Shown here piece by piece: positions 8,487 to 16,633 of a stretch of DNA of 33,233 bases (positions within the stretch are counted from its first letter, which is position 1; every line of letters begins with the position of its first letter). The notes below the pieces were generated by a model. That model was not told where the DNA came from. It ran no database searches and saw only the letters and a program-made list of their open reading frames with translations. The DNA comes from an uncultured archaeon (lineage in GTDB: Archaea > Asgardarchaeota > Thorarchaeia > Thorarchaeales > Thorarchaeaceae). Location: positions 1-33,233 of the forward strand of contig CAZPWM010000031.1 of NCBI GenBank assembly GCA_964590575.1, written 5' to 3'. Both the position numbers and the translations under genes were made by a program.

Positions 8487-9197
8487 TCATACGGTTATGT
8501 CTACTAGAGGGGTCAAATCAGGATTGGGTTTTCTGCATTGATATATCAGACTCTTACTGGAATCACTCACATCATGCCCAATCACATGGTCATCTAGACC
8601 CTTGATTTTTTGGGCGATACCAAGAATCTCTGGAATTGTCAGACCTAGTCGTTCGGCTACAAGGATCAAGTTCGTCTGGGAACGTTTCATCACAATATCT
8701 CGCACCAACTGCTCCCAATGGTTCTTGAAGGATAGACGCAAACTGGAAAGAGCGACAAAATCAAGCAACCATATGTTTGACGGTTTACCTTGAGTGGTTG
8801 CGGATTCATTGCGCTCGCCATCAACAGTAGGAGCAACTACATTTCGATGAATCATCAGATCCTTTACGAATGTTGCAGTTTCTGTTCTTTTTGAATACCA
8901 ATCGGGATTACTGGCTTGAAGCGTTGTTGTATCAATACTCGGATATCCCTCGTCCTTCCAGAATGAAGCCGAGAATTCGTAGTTCTTCACCCATCGACTC
9001 CATTTGACATAGCGAGACTCATCAAGATTCTGCATCTGTTCTCGTGCTATTTTGGCATCAGAAGAAAATGGACCCGTTGATAATTTTACTAACAGTTCTT
9101 CAGCTACTCCATCATTTCCAGCCAGAAATTCTTTCTCTGCCTGTTTCAAAGATTCCTCTGCAGACCTCAAATTATCGGGAAAATCCATCAAAATCAC
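8487..9197 (-). CDS. Hypothetical protein
   Basis: 236-aa ORF fills the space, with a ggagtg SD-like site at its start; no recognisable motif. Confidence 0.7.
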   Translation of the reverse strand: MILMDFPDNLRSAEESLKQAEKEFLAGNDGVAEELLVKLSTGPFSSDAKIAREQMQNLDESRYVKWSRWVKNYEFSASFWKDEGYPSIDTTTLQASNPDWYSKRTETATFVKDLMIHRNVVAPTVDGERNESATTQGKPSNIWLLDFVALSSLRLSFKNHWEQLVRDIVMKRSQTNLILVAERLGLTIPEILGIAQKIKGLDDHVIGHDVSDSSKSLIYQCRKPNPDLTPLVDITV

Positions 9198-9284
9198 TCC
9201 AATCTAGTAGAGATTGTTATAGCCCATAAGCACATAAGACAGCTGTAATAGACTGTCAGCTATTCTGACCGGACTATACGTTGG

Positions 9285-9321
9285 AAAAAAGAGAAGATAC
9301 AGGGTTCGAAAACCCTGTGTT
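9285..9321 (-). terminator. Hairpin plus U-tract terminator after the fasciclin gene
   Basis: Minus strand acagggtt-ttcg-aaccctgt followed by atcttctctttttt. Confidence 0.7.
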
Positions 9322-9339
9322 TGTTACGAATCTATGGAA

Positions 9340-9741
9340 CTAAGCAGGTATCATCACAGAGTCAATCACATGGATAACGCCATTACTCGTTTCTATGTCA
9401 GTCTTTACAACATTCGCGTTGTCGACCTTGACTCCAGAGGATGTATTAATTGTTAGTTCTTGGCCTTGGACAGTCTTAGCCTTTTTCAGGTTCAGGACAT
9501 CTTTAGCCATGACCTTCCCAGCAACTACATGGTAGGTCAGAATTTGCGTAAGCTTAGCTTTGTCCTTGAGCAACGATTCGACTGTGCCCTTAGGTAGCTT
9601 TGCAAATGCATCATCGGTAGGTGCGAAGACGGTGAATGGACCTGCACTTGTGAGTGTGTCCACGAGTCCTGCAGCTTCAGCAGCCGCCAAGAGTGTCTTG
9701 AAGCTGCCTGCAGCCTGTGCTGTTTCTACAATATTTTTCAT
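9340..9741 (-). CDS. Fasciclin (FAS1) single-domain protein
   Basis: H1 motif [20 protein letters not shown] and H2 motif [10 protein letters not shown]; ggtga SD before ATG 9741. Confidence 0.95.
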   Translation of the reverse strand: MKNIVETAQAAGSFKTLLAAAEAAGLVDTLTSAGPFTVFAPTDDAFAKLPKGTVESLLKDKAKLTQILTYHVVAGKVMAKDVLNLKKAKTVQGQELTINTSSGVKVDNANVVKTDIETSNGVIHVIDSVMIPA

Positions 9742-9773
9742 AATTATCACCAATAAAAGTTAGTAATCTAATG

Positions 9774-9787
9774 TTAACAATTGTTAA
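9774..9787. promoter_or_regulatory. Palindromic operator candidate directly downstream of the fasciclin TATA box
   Basis: Perfect 14-bp palindrome ttaacaattgttaa adjoining cttatatataa on the minus strand. Confidence 0.55.
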
Positions 9788-9936
9788 TTATATATAAGTA
9801 TTGTGCTGGGTGCTGAAAACCGTTACATTTGACTGTACAGTATTATGAATAGACTAATTACAGATATCAGACAAAAGGCGCGATGTGTAGCCATAACTTT
9901 GTGAATGGTATTCGTTGACAATTAGGGGATGCTGTC

Positions 9937-10809
9937 TTGTCAGACGAGATTGTGAAACTGAACAAAGAATTTCTAGGAAAAGAGTATAGTACTGGTCCAC
10001 AACTCGTGGATCTAGAGAGTATTCGCCAATTTGCTCTAGCGACAAATGAAAAGAATCCACGCTATCTAAGCACAGGTTTCGATGCTGAACTTGATTCACC
10101 CCCTCTCTATCCCGTTGTGTTCTTACCTGGAATCCTTAGCCAATTAGTGGATGATGCAGAAGAGATGAATCTTGACATCCTACGGGTGGTTCATGCTGAA
10201 CATAAGATGTCATGGAGTACGGTCCTCCATCCGGGGGATTCGATTTACACCACTGCAAAAATCATCAACATGGAACAACGTGGAGTAAACGGCATCTTGG
10301 ACCTGGAAATTCATTGCAAGCAAGAAGACAACATTGTAGTTGAGATGAAGTATCGATTATTGGCCAGGGGAAAAAAGACAGCAAAAGATGAACAGACTGG
10401 AAAGAGTGTTCAGGTCGTTGAGAGAGGAAAACTGCTAGTGAAGAAAGAATCTGTAGTCACGGGCGACCAGGGTGTAAGGTATGCGGAGGCTTCCGGAGAC
10501 CACAATCCAATTCATAAAAGTGATGAGATAGCCAGAAGTGCGGGACTTCCCCGAGCAATTCTCCATGGGTTATGTACTATGGCTCTTGCTTCACAAGTGC
10601 TTGTTGATGAACTCCTAGATGGTGATCCAAGGCGGTTGAAAAGTATGGAAGTCCGGTTCTCAAGGCCTGTTTTGCTTGACCAGAGTATAGTAACAGAGGT
10701 TTACGATGCAGGAATCAAAGATGATGGAATCCATGTTGTACATTTCGAAACAAGAGATGAAAAAGACATTCCAGTTTTGGTCCGTGGAATAGCCGAGTAT
10801 AGTGAATGA
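9937..10809 (+). CDS. MaoC-family double hot-dog (R)-specific enoyl-CoA hydratase/dehydratase
   Basis: N-terminal MaoC-like half (IRQFALAT...VVHAEH) and C-terminal hydratase-2 motif YAEASGDHNPIH...AGLPRAILHGLCT, plus RFSRPV. Confidence 0.9.
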   Translation: MSDEIVKLNKEFLGKEYSTGPQLVDLESIRQFALATNEKNPRYLSTGFDAELDSPPLYPVVFLPGILSQLVDDAEEMNLDILRVVHAEHKMSWSTVLHPGDSIYTTAKIINMEQRGVNGILDLEIHCKQEDNIVVEMKYRLLARGKKTAKDEQTGKSVQVVERGKLLVKKESVVTGDQGVRYAEASGDHNPIHKSDEIARSAGLPRAILHGLCTMALASQVLVDELLDGDPRRLKSMEVRFSRPVLLDQSIVTEVYDAGIKDDGIHVVHFETRDEKDIPVLVRGIAEYSE

Positions 10810-10838
10810 TACGACTATATCCTCAGGAATTCCAGAAT

Positions 10839-10874
10839 GAGAGGGCGACCGCCTCTCTCGTATATCCTTTCTTT
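10839..10874 (+). terminator. Putative hairpin terminator between convergent MaoC and SDR genes
   Basis: Imperfect stem gagagggc-gacc-gcctctctc followed by a pyrimidine tract. Confidence 0.4.
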
Positions 10875-10885
10875 GAGATTGTCAT

Positions 10886-11728
10886 CTATTTAGAGGGGTC
10901 CAATCCAAGTGTCGACTCGATCATATCAATCCATCTCATCTGCTGCGACCACATCTGTCCAGCACTTACACCACCATCCACAACCAATGCATGTCCGGTG
11001 ACAAAACTCGAGTCATCAGATGCTAACCAGAGTGCTGCGTTGGCAATATCCTCAGGGAGACCAGCACGTCGGATTGGTTGACCTTTTTCAAAGAGACGAG
11101 TCAAATTCTCATAGGTCTTGACGCTTTCGGCACTAGACAACCCCTTCGAAGCACCAAATATGGAGGACACAATCGATCCGGGGCAGATGCTGTTCACGCG
11201 GATTTTATAGTAAGCTAATTCCATTGCTACTGTACGAGTTAGTTGGAGGACAGCCGCCTTAGCCGCACTATATGGATGGTTTTGCGAAACACCGCGCAAA
11301 CCAGCTACGCTTGAGATGTTTATGATGTTCCCTCCACCTTGTTTTTTCATGACTGGTGCAGCATGTTTCATTCCAAGAAACACTCCACGAAGTAAAACTG
11401 CAATAGTCTGATCAAATCCTGCAACAGGTATAGACTCTATTTCTCCCTTAACTCCGCCCATTCCAGCATTGTTGACGACGCAGTCCAAGCGGCCGTAGGA
11501 ATCCACAGCATGGTCAATCATGCCCTTAACATCTTCTTCCAAACTAACATCAGCATGCACGAAGGTGGTGTTATCTCCAAGACTCTCAGCAACCTTTTGG
11601 CCTAGTTCATCCTGAATGTCAGTGACAACCACCCGAGCTCCTTCTTTCACGAATAGCTCTACTATTGCCTTTCCAATACCACTTGCGCCGCCAGTTACCA
11701 CAGCGACTCTATCATCCAGCTTACCCAT
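10886..11728 (-). CDS. Classical short-chain dehydrogenase/reductase (probably NAD-dependent)
   Basis: Motifs TGGASGIG, NNAG, catalytic S...YSAAK and IRVNSICPG; acidic residue after beta-2 (VTD). Start reassigned to MGKLDD at 11728. Confidence 0.93.
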   Translation of the reverse strand: MGKLDDRVAVVTGGASGIGKAIVELFVKEGARVVVTDIQDELGQKVAESLGDNTTFVHADVSLEEDVKGMIDHAVDSYGRLDCVVNNAGMGGVKGEIESIPVAGFDQTIAVLLRGVFLGMKHAAPVMKKQGGGNIINISSVAGLRGVSQNHPYSAAKAAVLQLTRTVAMELAYYKIRVNSICPGSIVSSIFGASKGLSSAESVKTYENLTRLFEKGQPIRRAGLPEDIANAALWLASDDSSFVTGHALVVDGGVSAGQMWSQQMRWIDMIESTLGLDPSK

Positions 11729-11916
11729 TTTCTCACAACCTCTATTGTATATCATCCAAGTCATTCGTAATGGTAGTGAAAAAGTATAGCTTTCCCCCAT
11801 TTCTTCGTTATTGTCAGTCCGGTCTTGGTTTCGAGAGATAAGGATAGGAGAGTATCCACCAAACTAAATAGAAAGTGCATAAGCTATTCATAAGTAGGAT
11901 AAAGAGGGAGAAATCC

Positions 11917-12270
11917 ATGGCAGAAGAGATCATTACATTTATTGGAGCTGCAGTGATTCTCTTCTTCATATGGCGTTTCGTTAGAACACACCGACTCTAC
12001 CGATTCTCACAAAGAGTCCTTCGTGGACTAGAGGGATCGGTTCAAGTCAAACCATCCCTCTCTAGAGAATTCTTCGATCAAACCGTCCTTGGTAATCGTA
12101 ACGTGAAACCGAACTCATTCTTTGTCAGAGCGTTTGTGTTTGCCGCTGTAGCTCTGATACTTCTTCCCTTCAGAGATTATGCGCCTGATCTTTATTGGAT
12201 TGTGGTCGTCCTAATCATTCTGTATGTTCCTTGGTGTGTGGGTCATGGAATTCTACTAAGAAAGGAATGA
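11917..12270 (+). CDS. Hypothetical membrane protein (about 3 TM)
   Basis: SD gagggag before ATG 11917; three hydrophobic segments. Confidence 0.7.
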   Translation: MAEEIITFIGAAVILFFIWRFVRTHRLYRFSQRVLRGLEGSVQVKPSLSREFFDQTVLGNRNVKPNSFFVRAFVFAAVALILLPFRDYAPDLYWIVVVLIILYVPWCVGHGILLRKE

Positions 12271-12377
12271 CAGGAATTATCACGAGTGGGAACATGTTCT
12301 ATATTAGATTCACCAGGAGCGAAAAGTAACATCCACATGAAAACCCATAATTCAAACCAGAGGATTATGAAGGCATC

Positions 12378-12773
12378 ATGAAAGATAGTAGTGCAAAGAG
12401 GGAAAGACCGTCTAATGTGGATGATTACCTCGCAGGATTACCTGAAGAAGATCGAGGTCTCCTAGAGGACCTTCGAATGAATATCAGATTAATTGTTCCG
12501 GATGGTGTAGAGATCATTAGTTACCAAATCCCCACAGTCAGATATCAGAATCGAGGGCTTGTTGCTTATTCCGCGCACAAGAAACAATGCAGTCTCCACC
12601 TCATGAGTTTCTCCGTCATGAGTGAATTCAAAGATGAGCTCAAGCAATACACTACTACTAAGGCATCAATCCATTTCACAGCCGCCCAACCTCTTCCGGT
12701 CAGGCTCCTGAAGAAACTCATTAAAGCTCGGATGGAGGAGAATGACAGGAAAAAGAAACAAACGCAGAAGTAG
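12378..12773 (+). CDS. DUF1801 / YdhG-like protein
   Basis: VDDYLAGLPE...LRMNIRLIVP...EIISYQIP...IHFTAAQPLP..LLKKLIKAR pattern. Confidence 0.88.
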   Translation: MKDSSAKRERPSNVDDYLAGLPEEDRGLLEDLRMNIRLIVPDGVEIISYQIPTVRYQNRGLVAYSAHKKQCSLHLMSFSVMSEFKDELKQYTTTKASIHFTAAQPLPVRLLKKLIKARMEENDRKKKQTQK

Positions 12774-12931
12774 ATTCGGTTATCAAAACGAATTCCTCCC
12801 AACGGTTCTTGAATGATAGACGCAGACTAGAGAGAGAAACAAAAGTAATGGGCTATCAGTCATACAGGTATTTTGTATCGATATCATAGAGTGTGATGGA
12901 GTGATTGTGACCACTCCACCGTGGCTGACAA

Positions 12932-13471
12932 TTATACCTTCTCGGTTTCAGAGAGACGGATGATCTTCTCCACGAAGTCATCCACAATTTTCTTAGCCTC
13001 TGTAGCCAGAGACTCAGAGTAGTCATCCCTGAGCTTCCTACGAAGTACATAACCAGCTCGTCTCATTCTCCGCCAACTATCAACCAGCTCGCGTGCCTCT
13101 TCAGGCATTGGTCCGTCCCAGTCATCGAACTGCGGTCCGAAGAATCGGGCTCCTTTGTTTTGGTCCCGTCGCTGCTTATCCTCTTCAAGAAACTTCTTGC
13201 CCTCGTTCGTTAACTCGTAACGTCGGACACCAGCTTCTGAGTCTGATAATTCCTTTGTATAACCGGAGTCTAAGAGCCACGATAGTAATGGATAGACTGA
13301 TCCCGGGCTTGGTTTCCATCGCAAACTGGTCGTATCTTCCATCTCTCTGATGATCTCGGCGCCTGACATCGGCTTCTCATTGAGTAGCTTCAGGACTCGA
13401 GACCTGAGGAATCCCTTTGGTACTGAAGATGTCCTCCTACTCCAGTGACGGTTTTTTCTTTGTTCGTGCAT
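12932..13471 (-). CDS. PadR family transcriptional regulator
   Basis: KGFLRSRVLKLLNEKPMSGAEII...WKPSPGSVYPLL...RRYELTNEG; strong SD aggaggtga. Confidence 0.92.
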   Translation of the reverse strand: MHEQRKNRHWSRRTSSVPKGFLRSRVLKLLNEKPMSGAEIIREMEDTTSLRWKPSPGSVYPLLSWLLDSGYTKELSDSEAGVRRYELTNEGKKFLEEDKQRRDQNKGARFFGPQFDDWDGPMPEEARELVDSWRRMRRAGYVLRRKLRDDYSESLATEAKKIVDDFVEKIIRLSETEKV

Positions 13472-13508
13472 GTTTTTCTGTTCACCTCCTTATCGGAAAT
13501 CGTGCAAT

Positions 13509-13549
13509 GTGATATCAATATTGATATCACTAGCGATATCACTAGTGAT
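13509..13549. promoter_or_regulatory. Operator array upstream of the PadR gene
   Basis: Perfect 22-bp palindrome gtgatatcaatattgatatcac (13509-13530). GATATC occurs at 13511, 13523 and 13535 (12-bp period), downstream of minus-strand TTTATA at 13563-13558. Confidence 0.7.
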
Positions 13550-13618
13550 TGTATGCATATAAAGTTTGAGGTGGAATAGTGAAATGTACACATCTCTAAA
13601 AAAAGAATCCAGCGTCAT

Positions 13619-13957
13619 TCAGTCCTGCGTTTGCAGCAGTTTGTCTGGAATTCCCTCTAGCAATCCCCTCAACTTGAAAACGTAGTTTCGGAAAGTCTCA
13701 GTGCCTAGTGATGTGATTTCAACAACAACTAATGGTCTCCATGACAACATCCGGCGGCTCCGAACAAGATCAGCTTCCTCCAGCGTGCGAAGGTGGTGAT
13801 CAAGATTTCCAGGAGTAAGCCTCAGAAGCTCTTTCAATTCAATGAACCCGATCCGTCTCTTCAAGAAGAGAAGGTACATGATGGAAAAGCGTGGCTGTGA
13901 CTGAAAGACCCGTTCTTTGTCGCTAAGGGTCAGGGAGTCACTCACAGTCAACACCAC
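13619..13957 (-). CDS. Winged-helix transcriptional regulator (MarR/ArsR-like, HTH_34 type)
   Basis: RFSIMYLL...FIELKELLRLTPGNLDHHLRTLEEADLV...ITSLGTETFRNYV..L. Confidence 0.88.
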   Translation of the reverse strand: MVLTVSDSLTLSDKERVFQSQPRFSIMYLLFLKRRIGFIELKELLRLTPGNLDHHLRTLEEADLVRSRRMLSWRPLVVVEITSLGTETFRNYVFKLRGLLEGIPDKLLQTQD

Positions 13958-13968
13958 GGAAATTCAGA

Positions 13969-14598
13969 CTATGGAGAGCGCTGCAACATCTGAGCAGCCA
14001 TTCTATTCATCGTAATCCCTGCAATGATGAAACATACAGAAAAGGCGATTAAAGCCAAGTATCCCAAAAGTACTATGTCCGAGATGAGTAGAAGGGGAAA
14101 CGAAACAAGAAAGAGGGAAATGCCCAGATAAAAGAGGACTCTGACTTTGCCATGGGAACCAACTGCTCTGAGGATCACAAAAGTAACCAAGCATGATGCG
14201 CTAGCAGCCCAGAGGAGGGAAACCAACCGTAGTGACTCAGGAAGCAGTCCCGTTAGTGTAAATGCAAGAAACCACGCAATTCCAATCAGGGGACCGTGCA
14301 TGGAGTCTTTGGATCCTTCAACAGATTTACTTTCCACAGTCTTCCATGACTCAAAGAATGAATAGGCAATGAATCCACAACACAGAACGACAGCCATCAC
14401 TGTTGCAAGAAGCGAGATGAGCTCAGCATCCAATCCAACAACGTTCGCAACGAGAACTGCGTTCATACTGATGAGCGCGCCTAGAGGAAAGACTATCCCA
14501 ATCACAATCAGTGCTTTCCCCCATATCTTTCTGAAGAGGTACTCCTCGTATCGTTCAACAACGCTCAGAGCTTGTAGTACTTTTTCAAGTTCCTCCAT
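13969..14598 (-). CDS. Hypothetical integral membrane protein (about 6 TM), co-transcribed with the wHTH regulator
   Basis: 209 aa with six hydrophobic stretches; 11-nt gap to the regulator. Confidence 0.8.
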   Translation of the reverse strand: MEELEKVLQALSVVERYEEYLFRKIWGKALIVIGIVFPLGALISMNAVLVANVVGLDAELISLLATVMAVVLCCGFIAYSFFESWKTVESKSVEGSKDSMHGPLIGIAWFLAFTLTGLLPESLRLVSLLWAASASCLVTFVILRAVGSHGKVRVLFYLGISLFLVSFPLLLISDIVLLGYLALIAFSVCFIIAGITMNRMAAQMLQRSP

Positions 14599-14648
14599 AT
14601 GAGTTCCCCATCATTATATGAAGTGTGAACAGACATTAAATGATAGCC

Positions 14649-14667
14649 AGTTCTGCATTACAGAACT
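14649..14667. promoter_or_regulatory. Inverted-repeat operator candidate in a divergent promoter
   Basis: agttctg-catta-cagaact (7-5-7) between a minus-strand tttaat box and a plus-strand cttaagta box. Confidence 0.6.
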
Positions 14668-14706
14668 CATCCACTCCTTAAGTAGAATTGTATCCCTATT
14701 ATACAC

Positions 14707-15657
14707 ATGAAAACTACTAGGACTGTATTGGATGCTCGAGAGATAACGAAGAGCTATAATGGGAAGAAAGTGCTAGATAACGTCAGTCTGCAAATCAGAG
14801 CAAACGATTTCTACGTGTTGATGGGACCTAATGGATCTGGGAAGAGTACACTCCTATCCATTCTAGCAGGAACGAACTCCGCTGATTCAGGATTTGTCAA
14901 AATTCTCGGAAATGACATTCGTCAATGTAAATTGGAGACAAGGGAACACATTGGATATGTTCCTCAGGAGAGCTTCTGTTCAGATTTCCTAACGGGAAGG
15001 GAGAATCTTGAATACTTCGCAGGCTTGCTTGGACTGACGAAGTCCCAGGCAAGGGAAAAGATTGAGCGACTCTTACGGTTGATGAATCTGGAAGAAGAGG
15101 CTGACAAGCGTGTAGCAGGATATAGTGGAGGAATGAAAAAGAAACTAGAGGTGGCCACGGCGTTATTGAGCGATGCAAAAATCCTCTTTTTAGATGAACC
15201 AACCACTGGTCTCGACCCAAACGTGAGAAAGGACTTTCTCGATCTTCTTCAGGGGATTAACGAACAGGGAACCGCAGTCCTCTTGGTAACGCACATAGGA
15301 GAGGACGCAGAGAGTGCCTCTCGCGTTGGTTTCATGATGCAAGGAGAGATTGTAGCCGAAGGCTCTCCTGAGCAACTGAAAGAGATGAGTGGACTGAAGA
15401 GCTCGATTATAGTCGATGCCTCTCCAAAATCCGATGAACTCATGTTACTCTTGGCAAGCCTTGGCAGTGACTGCATCGTGGCTGAAAAGGAGACATTACT
15501 CGAGCTCACTTGTGAGGACCCGAAGATGATGATTCCTGAGATCGTGCATGTCCTTTACAAGGCTGGGTTTGACATGCGTCGAGTAGACAGCAGACCTCCA
15601 AGTCTCGAAGATGTCTTTTACGGATTGACTGAATGTCCTGTTCGAGGTGAGGCATAA
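14707..15657 (+). CDS. ABC-2 type exporter ATP-binding subunit (DrrA-like)
   Basis: Walker A GPNGSGKST, signature YSGGM, Walker B LFLDEPT, H-loop VTH and C-terminal PSLEDVF. Confidence 0.95.
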   Translation: MKTTRTVLDAREITKSYNGKKVLDNVSLQIRANDFYVLMGPNGSGKSTLLSILAGTNSADSGFVKILGNDIRQCKLETREHIGYVPQESFCSDFLTGRENLEYFAGLLGLTKSQAREKIERLLRLMNLEEEADKRVAGYSGGMKKKLEVATALLSDAKILFLDEPTTGLDPNVRKDFLDLLQGINEQGTAVLLVTHIGEDAESASRVGFMMQGEIVAEGSPEQLKEMSGLKSSIIVDASPKSDELMLLLASLGSDCIVAEKETLLELTCEDPKMMIPEIVHVLYKAGFDMRRVDSRPPSLEDVFYGLTECPVRGEA

Positions 15658-16433
15658 TGAGCAGAATAAGCCAGGTTCGTGCCTCGTTTGTACGCTCAAT
15701 GAGAATCTTCCTTAGAGATAAGGCTATCATTGGGTCATCGGTATTGATTCCAGTCTTTTTCCTAATTGTACTTCCATTGGTGCTCTTCCAAGATGTACCT
15801 ATAGAGTTCATGCCAGCAGTAAAGGGGTTCCTTGTCATTGCCATGGTGACTCTTCTTATCATGAGTACAGCAATGAGCAATCTCCCAGGGTCAATTGCCG
15901 CAGATAGAGATGATGATTTGTATTCTAAACTCTCTTCAATGCCAGTTAATCCACTCTATGAGTGCATGGGAAGGATTGTAACAGTGTTTGTTTTCTCAGC
16001 AATTGGTAGTATGATTGTCATCGCACTTGGTCTAGCCCTTGGAGCTGTGTTGGTTGTAAAAACTATTGACCTGCTGCTCATCCTTGGTATAGCATCTGTA
16101 GTCATCCTCTTCGTATCTGGTCTAGGGTTGGTCATCGCATCTTTTGTGAAAAGCGAGTCAGCAGCTGCACATATTGGAGTAGCGATAGTCTTGGTAAACT
16201 ACTTCATTGGCATAGCATTCCCCTACCGTGATTTGCCAGAATTACTTAAGCCAATGGTCCATGTAAACCCGGTGTGTATTGGAAACAACATGATTGCAGT
16301 CCTCACGGTTGGCGAAGAGTTCCTAGGCTACAATCCATTCAACTTCATGGATGCCACCGTGTTGCTCCTGCTTGCTGCATTGATGTTCACAATTGGATTG
16401 TATATCTATTCAAGATACTGCTGGAGAAGATAG
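15657..16433 (+). CDS. ABC-2 type exporter permease
   Basis: About 6 TM, with DRDDDLYSKLSSMPV and P...LPELLKPMVHVNP motifs; TAATG overlap with the ATPase. Confidence 0.9.
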   Translation: MSRISQVRASFVRSMRIFLRDKAIIGSSVLIPVFFLIVLPLVLFQDVPIEFMPAVKGFLVIAMVTLLIMSTAMSNLPGSIAADRDDDLYSKLSSMPVNPLYECMGRIVTVFVFSAIGSMIVIALGLALGAVLVVKTIDLLLILGIASVVILFVSGLGLVIASFVKSESAAAHIGVAIVLVNYFIGIAFPYRDLPELLKPMVHVNPVCIGNNMIAVLTVGEEFLGYNPFNFMDATVLLLLAALMFTIGLYIYSRYCWRR

Positions 16434-16581
16434 ATTCAGCCTATAGTCTTTGGAGTTATAGAGAGAGAAACAGTAGACTTTTCCATAAAACCCGCCAGAA
16501 ACTTATAATCAAACACAGATACAATACAAAATCGGTTACTGAATACCAGCTCCTTAAATAGCTAAAGAACCATAGTACGAA

Positions 16582-16630
16582 ACCACTTCCATGAGTTCCC
16601 ATCGATAGTGGAACTCATGTGGAGGGTGGT
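16582..16630 (+). promoter_or_regulatory. 5'-UTR stem-loop occluding the ribosome-binding site of the SBP gene
   Basis: catgagttcc (16590-99) pairs perfectly with ggaactcatg (16610-19). The outer accacttc can pair with ggagggtggt (16621-30) just before ATG 16634. Confidence 0.55.
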
Positions 16631-16633
16631 ATT

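Noticed and set aside
9299-9318. gggttcgaaa resembling a tRNA T-loop
   Set aside because: No cloverleaf, D-arm or anticodon arm; it is the fasciclin terminator hairpin.
10806-11081. 91-aa plus-strand ORF overlapping the MaoC stop
   Set aside because: Mostly antisense to the SDR gene, the typical SDR shadow frame.
12897-12918. tggagtg...cactcca inverted repeat after the PadR gene
   Set aside because: Short stem without a U-tract; could be chance.
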